Notes: generated by a model not told the origin, from the letters alone. 59,122 nt of DNA, filler included, from Squatina squatina (GCA_031763465.1; 4 parts of 3 records of this genome joined end to end with filler, not necessarily neighbours in it), one strand, 5' to 3'. Positions 26,770 to 39,630 are shown, numbered from the whole stretch's first letter. Numbers and translations are program-made.

Positions 26770-27432
26770 GCCAGGGAAAAATTCTGTTACGCCCCATTTA
26801 GGGGCAGTACCACTCGCGAGACGCGTGATTTTGCGCCAGGCGCAGAAGTCTCGCAAGAAATTGGATTACCGGCCCCGAAAGGAAAGGCAAAGTAAAGTAG
26901 TGCAGTTGTGTTGGGAGCAGGGTGCCGCATAGGAGGGGCTCTTCCCTTAATTATAGGTAAGGGTCCAAGCTGCAAACTCTGCATTTTAAAAATGGGCCTA
27001 CCTGGACTACCAGGGAGCAGGGGTGCTGTGCCAACAGCCTGGCACTCAAGTAGTGTGCTCGGCTGACTGATAGCGGCACAGACCCCGCAAAGCGTTCACG
27101 GGGCGAAGAAAAAATCAGCAACAGTTTTTTTTAAAAGGCCCACACCTCTCCTTTAACTAGAGCCCTGCGAGTGGCCATCTACCCTGTATGCCTGGCGATG
27201 CCAGCGATGGCTTCAGGGGGCGATACCTAATTTAGGGTCTAAGGTGCTAATGGGACAATTTGCACAGTGATGACGCCACAGCAGAGCGGGGCGCGACGGG
27301 TTTAGCCAAAGCTAAACTGCTGCAGAATTTAACGGGAGTCATTAGCGATGCCACAACCGGACGAAAAGTTGTTTGCGTCCCATTAACTCCCACGCTAACG
27401 GGAGGTACAAACGACCCGAATTTCTAGGCCTA
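26770..27432. mobile_element. Putative non-autonomous DNA transposon (MITE-like), GC-rich
   Basis: GC/CpG-rich island in an AT-rich background, bounded by GAAAATTC... and ...GAATTTCTAGGCC; the terminal inverted repeats are only imperfect. Confidence 0.35.
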
Positions 27433-27477
27433 TGCTTTTTATAAGTACTCATTTAAATATGCAGGATGAATATAAAT

Positions 27478-27551
27478 ACAAAAGCAAAATACTGTGGATG
27501 CTGGAATCTGAAATAAAAACAGAAAATGCTGGAAATACTCAGCAGGTCAGG
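27478..27551 (-). mobile_element. Penelope-like element terminal fragment, truncated at scaffold end
   Basis: AACAGAAAATGCTGGAAATACTCAGCAGGTCAGG is the approximate reverse complement of 50950-50990. Confidence 0.55.
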
Positions 27552-27651
27552 NNNNNNNNNNNNNNNNNNNNNNNNNNNNNNNNNNNNNNNNNNNNTTAAT
27601 TAATTAANNNNNNNNNNNNNNNNNNNNNNNNNNNNNNNNNNNNNNNNNNNN
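27552..27651. other. Artificial scaffold-concatenation linker
   Basis: 44 N + TTAATTAATTAA (27596-27607) + 44 N. Confidence 0.97.
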
Positions 27652-27755
27652 ACATTACCCCCAATACCATGTGCTTTAAGTTTGCGCACTAATCTCTTGT
27701 GCGGGACCTTGTCAAAAGCCTTCTGGAATTCTAAATATACCACATCCACTGGTTC
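27652..27755 (-). mobile_element. CR1 reverse-transcriptase fragment
   Basis: Minus strand reads PVDVVYLEFQKAFDKVPHKRLVRKLKAHGIGGN. Confidence 0.85.
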
Positions 27756-28432
27756 ATTGTTCATTGTGGATGAGACGGTAAATTTGAATAACTGAAATCA
27801 ATGGATTACATTAACGGCGGGTTCAATGAGCAATATTTGATCTGTGGTGCTCTGCTCAGGCGCTGCCACACATGGAAATATTTCCTTGTGGCTTAGATGC
27901 TGTCCCCCGTCCTCATGGAAATACATGGAACCACACGATCTCATTACCTTGGTCCTCCATTACAAAATCTGCATCTTCGCCACGTTAGTGGTCAGTTAAT
28001 TCCCGAGAAAGTGGGGAAGAGTTCACATTCGCTCCGTGTTCCCAACACAGTTTAGCTTCAGAGTCGGAATCTGAAATGAGCGTGGCTGGATGCTGGGTTA
28101 GTGCAACACGATACACAAATATTAATGGCCTCCAATTAAACCATGAATAAATTCAAACTCAGCTGCCCACCGCATTCTTCCTGTTCATTGCGTGTCCTGG
28201 GCTGGATTTGATTGGAATTCGGGCCGGCTGCAGGAAGGGGATCGGGAAAGTCGATTGGTGGAAAACGATATTCGTGCTAAGCTTTTTCGGCAAAGCAAAA
28301 GTAACACACCGGGGTTATTGGAAATCTGAAGATAAAGCCTGTCGATTGTTTTCGGCCCCCTTTACAAACTGATCTTTGTGAGAGTTAAGCAGACACTGGA
28401 TTGTAACTGTGACACGTTGCTCCCAACATTAG

Positions 28433-28687
28433 GTGACGACGTGACATTACATGTCGACCCGGCTTCCATTTCAGAAGGAGATATTCTGAGTCTGAACTGT
28501 CGCTACAGGCACTACAGGCGTAATTATGATGTTGCATTTTATAAAGCCAGCATTAGGATCCGTTCAATGAAGATGTCAAGCCGTGAAAATCGCCATAGAA
28601 TTAAGGTCAATAGTTTGGAACATAACGAAATGTATCATTGTGCGGTTCACAATAAGCAATCACGACGTGCCCAAGTTCATGTTCGCG
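28433..28687 (+). CDS. FCRL-like Ig exon 1 (D2-type C2 domain)
   Basis: 255 nt, phase 1-1, TAG acceptor and GTAAGT donor. DDVTLHVDPASISEGDILSLNCR...VAFYK...MYHCAV...VHVR. Confidence 0.8.
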
Positions 28688-29229
28688 GTAAGTATGGGGA
28701 ATATTTAAATGGTTCATACCTGAACTAATTTCCCCAAATTACTGGTGTACACACGTGAGAATTTCTGAATCTGAACAAAATTGTACATATCTGCATGATC
28801 TCCAAAGATGTTGTTGCTTCGATCCAATTAAGTTGTTTCGAAACTCGTGTAGTTGAGCCGACATTTCAGCACTCAGAATTCATGGTCCCAACATGTTACT
28901 GTAATTTGAAAAGCTTAATTGATGATTTGCCATCTATTGTTGCTGCCTCTTTAAGAAAGGGAATTTATATTCACTTCAGTACGTTTGTTTAATCGACACC
29001 TGTCGACATAATTGTTTGTATTTCTTTCTAATGGAGTTCGCCTGGTTCTCCTGCTTCCCCTCCATCCCATTCCCCAGTCCTTCTGTTCTTTGCACTGCCC
29101 ATTATACAAATATCGCCGTGATAACCTTCTCGCATTGTATACACCATTATATAAAGATACATACACGATTTGCAAGGTTGATTCCAGAACTACGTAACAG
29201 GAAATAATTAACAGGCTGGACGTCCTCTC

Positions 29230-29590
29230 TCATGAAATTAGAAGGCTGAAAGTGTTTCGATGGATTAGAGACAGTTTACACTTTTGGCAAAGAGCCAAGC
29301 AAAAGGCCATCAATATTAGATAGTCATCAGGAAATCAAATTGGGATTTCAGGAGAAATGACTTTACCTGAGAGTGGTGAGAATGTGGAACGCGCTACCAC
29401 AGGGAGTTGTTGATACGAATAGTTTTGATACATTAAAATGGAGCCGAGGTAAGTATCTGAGGGAAAACGGAATAGAGGATTAAGCTGATGGATTTATATG
29501 AGGAAAGAAGGGAGAAGGAATGGAGTGTAGCATAAATACCGGCAGATACTGAGTTGGTCAAATGGCCTTATGCTGTATCTCCTCTGCAAT
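29230..29590 (+). mobile_element. Degenerate CR1 LINE 3' fragment (intronic)
   Basis: TTCAGGAGAAAT...GAGAGTGGTGAGAATGTGGAACGCGCTACCACAGGGAG (RVVRMWNALPQG) plus CR1 tail. Confidence 0.75.
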
Positions 29591-30167
29591 ATTTATGTAA
29601 TTCTAACACCAAATATGTTTATAAAACATGGTACGACTGCACGCACAGTAAAACGGCAGCACTCTTTGGCTCCATTAGACCTGAATAATAAAGGGACCAG
29701 AGAGCAGAGAGACACAGCACCGGATCAACTCCCCTGCCAGCGCGCCAGATATAGTTCACTCTTCCTCCCGCTTGTCTGGGAAAGCCTCGGCGCTCCCCCC
29801 ACCCCCGCCCTCCGCCCCGCCACACCTTCACCGCATTGTCATACCCTGTTTCCACTGATCAGATATATATGACCATGCCTCCCATCTCAACTGTCAGGAG
29901 GGGAATATTGCCTGGCCTGGCGAGCCAGTTTCAGCAGAAACATTGATGCAGTATAATTCCTCGCAGATATATCAATGGGAGGAATTGTACAATAATGTTT
30001 TAATGCTACCTGCTCGCTCCAGCTGCTGCTTACCAAGAGTATAATGAAGTCCAGTCGCTTCCTCCTGACGAATGTCATTATTTGATTACCTTTGCTCTTA
30101 CAGTGTGTAAATGGTTTATCTCTGTGTCAGGAAATATTAGGTATTAATCAGCAATATGTTTGTCCAG

Positions 30168-30446
30168 AACTCTTCTCGAAACCGACATTGTGGTCTGAGC
30201 CTGAAGGTGAAATATTTGAGGGACAACAAATGATATTCTTCTGTTCTGTCGGAACAATGCCTCCCAATATTCGGCTTGAATACTCATTTTTCAGAAATGG
30301 CCACGCGGCAAATTTTAATTCAGGTGAAACGTATCAATTCACAAAAGTAGCTTCGTTGAAGGACTCGGGGACGTACCATTGTGAAGCAAATGCATTCTCC
30401 CACAGTGTGAATAAGAAGAGTGATGAGTTTTCCATTTCGGTAAAAG
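30168..30446 (+). CDS. FCRL-like Ig exon 2 (D3-type domain)
   Basis: 279 nt, phase 1-1, CAG/GTAAGT. ELFSKPTL...FEGQQMIFFCSV...LEYSFFRNG...DSGTYHCEA...KKSDEFSISVK matches the FCGR1/FCRL D3 pattern ELF..P.L...EG...C...FSF...DSG.Y.CEA...KRS. Confidence 0.88.
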
Positions 30447-31250
30447 GTAAGTCCAACATCTGTAATTATTGTTCATCTTTCATCGAAAGAACTCCTCTGG
30501 GTTTTGTAGGTAAATAAACATATGGGAGCAATCTAATCTCGGCAGGGGCTTACCCACAATTTTATCGCACAACAAATCAATTTAGAGCAGATTTAGTTGT
30601 AACAAAGCTTGGCGTTGGTCTTACACAATCCACACATTTGATTAAGACATTGTTCGAGCTGCAGAGTTTGAAGACCAGTGCGCACTCCCAGTGGGGAATG
30701 TTCGATTCCTGCAATCGTGTAGAATGGACGGTATTGAATTTTCCGCCCATTATATTTCCCGCCCGTTTTTTTGCTCCCATCATCTTCAATGGACAGAAAA
30801 TTCATGCACGGTGTCCAATTGAGGCCGGAGATACCGCCCGTTTTACCCAATGGCCCCACGGTAAAAATTACCCCATCTGTTTCACTCTGTCTGAATCAGT
30901 AAAGAGCAGAACCAGCTCAGGAATAGCAGGGTCTTTCGACAGACAGCGCCTTATGGCTCGCCAGTTCCCAAAATCTTTCATATCTGAAATTTCGGGGGTA
31001 AAATTTAACTTTCAGGGCGCAAAGGTTGAGTGTTTCAAATGTTCAGATCTCTGGTGATAGCTCTGTCGGTATCCTAACATGCAGATTCCTGTAAGCAGAG
31101 CGCATTCAAGGATTATTGAAAGTATCCTTCTCTGAGCCGCTGTCAGTATTGCATTGTTCCGATCGGTAACACTTGCTCTACCAACACATGGATTCCTAGT
31201 TCATGAGAAATGCTTTTGCTGGAAAATCCACATTGTGTACTATTTTATAG

Positions 31251-31529
31251 AGCTCTTCTCTGAACCTACATTGAGTGCTGAGTCTGAAACGCAATTATTT
31301 GAGGGCCAACAGTTAACACTCGCCTGTTCGGTTGAAATGTACCGCGCCGGTTCTTCATGGAACTACGGATTTTACAAAGATGGACAAGCTCTCAGTTCAG
31401 CAGCAGATTGCAACTATTACATCAAGGACACAACTCGAACCAGCGATTCGGAGATTTACCAGTGTGAACAAACTGCTTTGGGCAGTGAGGGGAAGAAACT
31501 GAGTAATCCGATTTCCATTTCAGTCAGAC
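31251..31529 (+). CDS. FCRL-like Ig exon 3 (D3-type domain), splice donor mutated
   Basis: 279 nt, TAG acceptor. ELFSEPTL...FEGQQLTLACSV...YGFYKDG...DSEIYQCE...ISISVR. The expected donor position reads GAGAGT rather than GTGAGT. Confidence 0.82.
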
Positions 31530-32421
31530 GAGAGTACAATTTATTGCAATTATTTATCATCTTTCATCCATATAATTCCCAGCACATGCTCACAATGGGA
31601 TTCTTCCTTCTAGAACAGGGCGCAATTATATTTTTTATAAGTACTAGATAAATACATTAATAAATCGTGTCATGGAGAACAAGAATAGATTAATATTTGA
31701 GTTTATACAAAATATTCTTCAGGTCATAGTTAATGTGTGCAGTTGTGGGCTTTGAATTCTAAAGGGAACTTTAAATTCATAGAACACGGACAGTGTTGAA
31801 TCACTAGCATTGCGCCCTGGTGGGAAACTTTAAACATCAGTTTAGACTTGAGCTTCAGAGACGAATACCGCGAAAGCAACTAAGGTTGAGAGGAAATGCA
31901 CTGGTGCGTTTGGAGTTTTAGGCTGAGGATAAATTAAATAAGGTCCCGTGTTTCCTTGGAATGTGAGTTCAGGAAGAAGGGATTATCAATTCATAATTAT
32001 CACGAAAAGCGGGAGGATAGAGCTTTGAAAAACTTGCTTCAAGTTGACGAGTGCTGGAACACAGTATGAATTGCCACGTCGAGAAATCGAGTAGAATACC
32101 GTGATTTAGGTAGAGCAGGACTTATGGTGGTGGAATAGTGCAGAATTCCTGCCTGTGACTAACAGCGTCAGTACGAATCAGGACCAGGCCAGAGATTGCA
32201 GTGTGGCCACCAGTGGATAGCATTAGGAATCATTTCAGGATCAGGATTTCCTCTATTAATTCCACCTACGGCTAAAGTCAAAGAGGGAGACGGCCGCCCA
32301 ATATTGGATTGGAAACCTGATTAGCGAGGCTCTATATTATGATGAGAGACCAATTTGACTGTGAAAGTGACACTACACATTGTACCAAAGCAAAGTAATT
32401 AACAAGTGGAACTATTTACAG

Positions 32422-32709
32422 GGATCCCAGTGTCCAAACCGGTACTGGCCATCAAACCTGGTGAAGAGTTAATAGAAGGAGACACAGCGTCTTTAACTTG
32501 TTCCGTGTCCAACGGTTCTGCCCCGATTACCTACATCTTCTACAAAGACCCGAATAAAGAACTCCACCGGGAGGCGTCCGAACTAACCGCAGTTACCTAC
32601 CAAATCGCTGAAGTCAATGAAAGCAGCAAAGGAGAATACAGTTGCGGGGCGGCAAAGCAGGCAAAAGACATTCTGCAACACAGCGAATCCGTTGCAGTTT
32701 CAGTGATAG
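32422..32709 (+). CDS. FCRL/PECAM-like Ig exon 4 (D4/D5-type)
   Basis: 288 nt, phase 1-1, CAG/GTGAGT. (R)IPVSKPVLAIKPGEELIEGDTASLTCSVSNGSAPITYIFYK...GEYSCGA carries the PVS.PVL...C....GS.PI.Y.FY motif of FCRL D5 domains. Confidence 0.88.
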
Positions 32710-34031
32710 GTGAGTTAGTACAAGTACCTCTTTCGCGAAATGATACAAGCGACTCAAATGCTGGCCAACCCGGGAACTAGTGAGTGTGCGGTAAGCTTGG
32801 AAGATGTAAAATCTTCACTGACATTCCTCTATTTGAAGGGAGGCACTGCGCCATTTACATTAAAGCCAAGAATAAACATTGAATGTCATCTGAACAGCAA
32901 ATGTTGATTTAAAAACCGCAGCAGTTATTTGTAGTTTGAAAGAAGCGGATTGCTCTCTTTGTGTGACGAATTAAGGGATTTTATGCAGATAGATTAATGT
33001 TTCAAAGCTTAATACCATAGGCAGTAATTGCTGGGCTTTGATTTTAAGACCATCATTTCTCGATAGTTGTTGCTAATGACCATGAAATTGCGGTCTCCCT
33101 GACGGTGCACACTCAGACTACTCTGTCATAATCCGTTACAAAGGGTCACCAAATTCCTGGTGTACACATGGACCAGCGCACGCGCGAAATCCGGAACTTG
33201 CCATCAATCATGGAAATCCAGTATTGCGGGCACAGTTTTGGAATATTTGCGCAGTTACCGCACAGCATTTGAACAGGAAAGTCTTACGGATGCTAAATGC
33301 AGAAGTTGGACCTGCTTTCATCAGCGTCACTCTCGATAAAAGCCTTAAATTAAAATTTCTACCCCAACACGCTTCAGCTCAATTGGGCAACATAGGTTGT
33401 AGCCCTGTATTATTGGAAGGTTGGCAGCAGTGGAGCACTCGGCCTGCAGGCCGGAGTTGTACATCACTGTGTACGGGGTAATTGTAACTTTAAGCGAAGG
33501 TGAAACATCTGACATGTTGAAGAGATTCTACCCATTATAAACCCCAGCCCTGCATTTCCTTCCATATACTTCAATGAGGAGAAACACCGGGTATGGTGGA
33601 TAATTTGACATTGTGCATTTCCCACCATCTTGTCAAATTTAATATACCACTTGCGCTGTTCTGCATGAAACTCATCCCATGTTGCAATGTTGGCTGACTG
33701 AACCCATGAAACTGTGGTTTGTGATTAAGGAATTATCCACCTGAGTATCAGTGCATGAACGAATATACTGGGAAAAAGAATCATGTTCTGTGGTCGCCCA
33801 ACTATGGCAGTATCTGATCGCTCACCTTGTTTATACCCCACATGATCTACAGATAGACCTAATATTCTACAGCACTGATACAGCATGAGGAATATTCTGA
33901 ATTTACGACTTTACCCAATGCCTTTACATAGTACCTTCAATTCTTGCACGAGTCTAATTTATTTTCTGATTTATCATAGTTCTTATGAGACCTAATTCTC
34001 TGCACCTTTATCCTTAATTGCTTCCCTCTAG

Positions 34032-34334
34032 TTCCTGTAGCTGAAGCTTCTCTCACCTCCAATACCAACAAAACGGTGATTTCAGTGGGGGACCGTCTCG
34101 TTCTCTAGTGTTATTTGAAGGCAGGCACTGCACCGCATTTCCACTGGTACCTGAACAACCAACAGTTAGAAAGCACCAGCGAATCTTACCAATTAAACAC
34201 GCATGGGAGTGAGCTCATTAACAACTCATTCCAGACAGGCCACGGAGGTTGATATCATTGTGTAGCGAGCAACAGATGGACCAATACAGGGTTATTTAAC
34301 GCAATCAGCAATTATATCGACCTCACGGTACAAG
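34032..34334 (+). pseudogene. FCRL-like Ig exon 5 with two in-frame stops
   Basis: 303 nt, phase 1-1, TAG/GTAACA. VPVAEASLTSNTNKTVISVGDRLVL*CYLKAGTAPHFHWYLNNQQL...GHGG*YHCVASN...IDLTVQ retains the Ig C, W and YxC residues. Not in the ORF track. Confidence 0.85.
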
Positions 34335-34639
34335 GTAACAGATTCATGATGTGATGTTATGAATTTCTTTTCTTTTGGCCAAGCGAACAGTATATTCAAG
34401 TTTGTAGCACTGAAGGACAGCTAGTGAGAGAGATAGAAAGGTGAATATTAATTAGCGCGGGACAGGGCCGTTTGGATCCTTTGATGATTGTGGACCAGAA
34501 AGTAAGACGCTGTAAAAATCGAGCTTAGAGGTGACAGTCCAAGGATCAGTGTTTCAGGGTGGAGGGACTGAGAGGGGTGGAATTTGTAACACCTGGAGCG
34601 CTATTATCTTATTCATCGATTACCTTTCTATCATTCCAG

Positions 34640-34741
34640 GACAGAGTTACACAACCGCGATCACAGCATCCGTTCTTCCACTTTTTCTCATCACGACCCT
34701 GATTGTGTTAGTTTGCTTTAAACTTCGGAAGGAGAAGCAAG
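34640..34741 (+). CDS. FCRL-like transmembrane exon
   Basis: 102 nt, CAG/GTGAGT. GQSYTTAITASVLPLFLITTLIVLVCFKLRKEKQ is an uncharged hydrophobic helix followed by basic stop-transfer residues. Confidence 0.85.
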
Positions 34742-35284
34742 GTGAGTAATGTCTTCCGAGCAGAGGGATTGGCTCTATAGTCACGAGGCGGGATTCACTC
34801 CCCTCCATAATCAGTTGCACCATTCGAAATGTAACAAGTTTTCAGAGTGAGATGCATAACGTGGGCTGGGGTAGGAGACGTTCTTTGCACTGATGTGCTT
34901 GGTTCTGCCATGAACTGAGGTGCTGTGTTGAGGACAATCCCCCCTCCACCCCACCCCACATACACCTTATTATATCCTTGAAAGTTATGCATCTGGGCAG
35001 TTGACAGAACAATAATTGGCAGATGGTTAATGACACGATGTGAAATCCGATAGTCGGTTTGTAGTGCATGGTAATATCTTAAAAGGCATCCGGATGATAA
35101 TTGTGCATTTTACTCTTATTACATGACTTACATAAATTCACGTTTACAACAGTTGACAAGTAATCTCAATGACAATGTTTGCTGTTTGGTTTTCATTAAG
35201 TAATCTCCAATCAAACTGCAGGCGTTAAGAGCGCAATATTTACTGCACAACTTGCTCAAGTATGTCTCTTTCTATTATATCCAG

Positions 35285-35315
35285 AATACTCCTCAATCAT
35301 TGCAACGCCGCAGGG
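35285..35315 (+). CDS. FCRL-like cytoplasmic mini-exon 1 (YSSI)
   Basis: Pyrimidine tract + CAG, 31 nt, GTAAGT donor; EYSSIIATPQG; phase 1 to 2. Confidence 0.7.
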
Positions 35316-35689
35316 GTAAGTCTGCAGAATCTTTAAATTATTAAGCAATCATGATATCCATCAATATCATGTAGGAGTGATATTATTCTTGGGCTTGGAT
35401 GCAATCCGGCGCTTTTGCATCTGCCACCAGTGTACGCCTTGAATGGAACTGAAAATCGGCCGGGACAGAAAGGGGCGGTAGGTGCCCTACCGCCAGTTCT
35501 CTGCCCCCTTCCCCCGCCGCTCTCCCCACGCCCAAAATTCGAATGTCACCAGAGAGTCTGTGATAAAGCTCCACTTGAGACGGTTAAGTGCTAAAAACTT
35601 CTTTCATTATAGTTGATACTTTTTAATGCATGCACAGCCCAGTCAGCCTATCAGCGGTGTTGGGGATTTTACTGGAAACTATTATTCAT

Positions 35690-36015
35690 ACATTCATGGA
35701 AACCTGCAGTACAGGGGGTGGCCAGTCGGCCCGTCTTGCCTGTGCTGGATCTTTGGCAGAGCAGTCGTGCACTGCCCCACATCCCCGTTTTTTGTCCGTC
35801 ACCCTGTCAGCAGCTCACTCTCAAAAACCTGTTCAACACAGTTTGAAAACTTTTTATGAAATCAACTCCCAACACCTTTTCAGATCAAGTGTTGCAGATC
35901 CAGACAACGCTCCAAGTGAAATAAAAATTCTCCGAAACTCCATTCTAGTTCTATTTGCAATGAATTTGAATGTCAGACCTCTGGTTATTCACCCCTTCGC
36001 CAGAGGGAATACTTC
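35690..36015 (-). mobile_element. Degenerate CR1 LINE 3' end
   Basis: Minus strand shows RG..F...RTRM..R.F motifs and a CR1-type tail. Confidence 0.6.
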
Positions 36016-36059
36016 TCCTGTAAAATGTCTAATTGATCAACATTCTCTGTTTACTCAGC

Positions 36060-37295
36060 AAACAATTAATTCAAGTTAGACAGATACGATGTAGTTCAGT
36101 CCATGCTGGCTCTCCTTGGTTCAGCCACTCCTTTGCAAATGAAAAACTGTTTTGTTCCTGATGGTTCATCAAGATGGTGCAGTAGATTTTTTTCATGTGC
36201 ACTTTTGGAATGCATTCAACAAAGTGCCTCACAAGAGGCTTGTTAATAAGGTGAAAGCCCCTTGGATGAAGAGGAAAGTGGCATTCAGGATACGGAATTG
36301 GCTCAGTGACAGGAAGCAATGTGAGGCGGTGGATGGATGTTTCCAAACTCGGAGTTGGTTTTCAGTGACGTTCCCCAAATTTCAACGTGGGGCAGATATG
36401 TCTTTGCCATTTTTTATCAACAATCTAGACAATGGAGTAGGCAGCAACATTATAAAGTTTGCTGATGATTCAGAACTTGTCCAGGCATTAGATAGTAATG
36501 AGGATGGTTGTAGGCTTCACAGTGACCTAGACTGGAATGCATAAATGGGCAGAAGTGCAGCAGATGCAGTTTATTGCAGGGAAGCGTGAAGTGACGTGTT
36601 TCATGAGAACTAATGTCGAATTACATTAGGAAATAAATAACATGGTTTTCAAAAGTGCAGATCAACAGAGATAACTCGGTGTCCATAGACATAAATCCTT
36701 CTCAAATGCTGGCCAATTTGATACGATGGTTAAAGCTGCATATGGTTTACCTGGGGGTTTATACATAGAGGCATAGAATATATAAAAAAGAGAACATGAT
36801 ATAAAGTTATGAATCACAGGATAGACCTCAGCTGGACAATACTTGACACCACACGTCAGGAAAGATTTACAAGGCATAGAAAAGGTTCCGAGATGGTTTA
36901 CCGGGCTGTTTCCAGGGATGAGGGAATGTATGTACGTGGTGAGGCTGGAAAATTAGCACTTGGATAATTCGATGTTTTAATGCAGTAGCTGGAGAGAAAA
37001 GGCTATTCCCTCTGGCGGCTGGGCCAAGTAACAGAGGCCATAGGTTGTAAATCATTGGGACAAGATCGAGAGGGGAGAGGTGGAAAATTGTTTCCATCAG
37101 AGATTTATTGGCTTCTTGAGTTCTCAACCTGAAGTAGCGTGGAAGCAGATTCCCTCAATAATTTAAAGATTCTGGGCAGGTGCTTGAGGCTGAGGACCTT
37201 AAAGGCTGTGGATAGAAGCTGGAGTGTGGGGTGAAGTGCCATTGCTCCTTCCAAGTTGTTTAAGTTCTGTATGCTTACTGCTGTAACCTTCTATA
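36060..37295 (+). mobile_element. Degenerate CR1 LINE ORF2 (RT to 3' end)
   Basis: AFNKVPHKRLV, IRNWLSDRKQ and FINNLDNGV...IKFADDS motifs, with frameshifts and stops, then a CR1 tail. Confidence 0.85.
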
Positions 37296-37384
37296 AATCT
37301 ACGGTTCTGTAGCAGATTGTGGAAAGTGAGATTTGAGTTGTTGATGCATCAACGTTTCATTTCTGTGAACATTATTTTACAAAG

Positions 37385-37476
37385 GGAGGACACTGGGAAT
37401 GGACCTCTGCCCCCGAGTGAAGAAACATCTGGGAGCAATATGGTGTATGCAGTTCTGGAATCAGCGCGAAATACCG
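37385..37476 (+). CDS. FCRL-like cytoplasmic exon 2 with ITIM-like MVYAVL
   Basis: AAG acceptor and GTAAGT donor, 92 nt, phase 2 to 1 (restores the frame after the 31-nt exon). EDTGNGPLPPSEETSGSNMVYAVLESARNT. Confidence 0.7.
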
Positions 37477-39477
37477 GTAAGTGTGAACTGATGTGACAAT
37501 ATAACGTTGATTGTTCACGGTAAAATGGTCCCTCATGTTCTCCCGACAACCAGTCATAATTGCAGCGAAAACTCAGTGAAAACTTCATAGAAAATGCCGC
37601 TTCTGCCTGGCTTGTGCCGATGATCCATCAACGTTGTGACGGAATGTGGTGGAAATCGCCCAGTATCTTTAGATTTCTTCATCTGCATCCAATTAGCATA
37701 AATAAGTTTGACCCTTACGTCATTATAGCTTGGACATTAAGCATCGTGTGAGTCGAGGGAAATAGTTTGGGGAGGTTGGCACGCTTCAATAGAATCATGG
37801 GCTTGGAGAGAAAAACCGGTTGGCTCAGTAAAGGATGTGATTATTGCCCTCGCAGACTGACCTGCCTGTTTCCTTTGCAGCTGAAGTTAACTGCTCCGAA
37901 GCCCAGTCAAAATGCTAGCGCTTAATCTCTTTCATCCTTGAATTCGTTAAATCCTCCACATCTTCTCATCCTATTTTCCTGAATGGGGTGATTATTACTC
38001 GGATGGGATTGATAGGGGGCCATCTGGAGGCCAGTATAAATGAATTAATCTGGGATCGTGACAATCAGACAGAATGAGCAATGGGTGGAGTAGTGAAATG
38101 AGATGGCGACCTTTCACCTTCCCACCTTTATAATTAAGCAGTCTGAGCAAAGGATACAGGAGCTCGACCTCTGGCCGATGTCGCGGTGCCTGACCTGGAG
38201 ACAATGAGGCCAATTGTGCTGCTCATCGTCCCCCTGTTTACAAGCATGAACTCACCACAGCCCCATGGCTTGAACTCAAGCGGCGTTGTGCCTTTACTCG
38301 CGGTGCTGCAGAGTCGTTTACATTAACCAGGTTAATTAGTGGCTACATTTTAAAAGCAGTGATAACAGTAGTAAATTTACAAGCATAACTTATACGATGG
38401 GTCTGGTCTCTAAATGCTTCCCTGTGCAACTATACAACTAAGCAGTTTCCTCCTTTCCTCCTTATCGCTTCTACTTCTGATCAGGCAACCTACAGCGAAG
38501 GGCAGTGCACAAATCACATGAAAGGTACAGATTTGTTTTCACATATCTGGAGGGATTTGTTTATCCCACAGCCTTTGATAATTACTCTGGAGGTTACCGA
38601 TTTTCGAGATACTGTGCAATGTTATCTGGGAAGGGTTTGAGTCGCTCGACGCATGACAGGACTGAAAATCCTGCCCCAAAATATCAAAATTACTATTGCC
38701 GCATTCTCATTTCCATTTCATGGGCAGAGTATCCTTAGAACTTGCAAACAAGCTCCCCCGTTCTGCCTTGAGGATTGCTACTTTGTGGAACATCGTCATT
38801 GACCTCAATAATAATTTTGCAATAAACTTCCACGAGGATTCCAAATGAGTAATATAAGTAGATCGATATTATTCAAGGCAGACAACGTGTACATCTTGCA
38901 AATATTTTCAATTCTTGGACAGTTAAATCAAACCTATAGACCTCCCACATCTAAATCGTCCGGCAGGATGATCGGAACAGGTTTCACACAACACTGTGAC
39001 ATTTCAGGTGAGAATGAAAGTCAAAAGATCGATCTTGCTCGTGATATCGAATCTCACGAAGTCTAAATGAAATTCACAGTTACTTAATTACAGTTGAAGT
39101 GCAATTCCTGTCCTAATGGAGGCAAACAACAGCCAAAGAGGCCATTCCAACTTTGTGTAATCGTGCAAATTAGGCGCTGTCAAATATGGCGCACCTTATC
39201 TCCTCTGATGTATCGGTCGCCAATATTTGATTCATTGGATTGAATGGAATTGGTCCCAGTCCCCGCATGGAATTGGCAGTCAGGAGCTTTCACACAGATT
39301 TTGTAAACATGCGTAAGATGCAGTTCCTCCCCTCCCACATTTATTGTCCCAAAGTCATATACAATAAATAGCTATATATCATCTTTATTAGACTGATGAA
39401 AATTAAATGTCCTCAGCATATCCAATATATTCATATAATGAATCGTATTACTGTTGTCTTCGTTCAGATCATGTATG

Positions 39478-39630
39478 TCATCTATTCATCTCTCCATCTA
39501 TTTATCTATCTATCTATCCATCTAACTATATCTTTATCTATCTATCTATCGATATCACTCCATTTCTTTTACATTCTTCTCTCTATTGATATCGATCATC
39601 TCTCTATCATCTATACATTAATCTATCATC
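39478..39630. repeat. Degenerate (ATCT)n microsatellite
   Basis: ATCTATCTATCTATCCATCT... Confidence 0.8.

Noticed and set aside
37881-37918. Possible FCRL terminal exon AEVNCSEAQSKC* after a TTTGCAG acceptor
   Set aside because: No Tyr motif, and it would end the protein before the better-supported LVYSVI exon.
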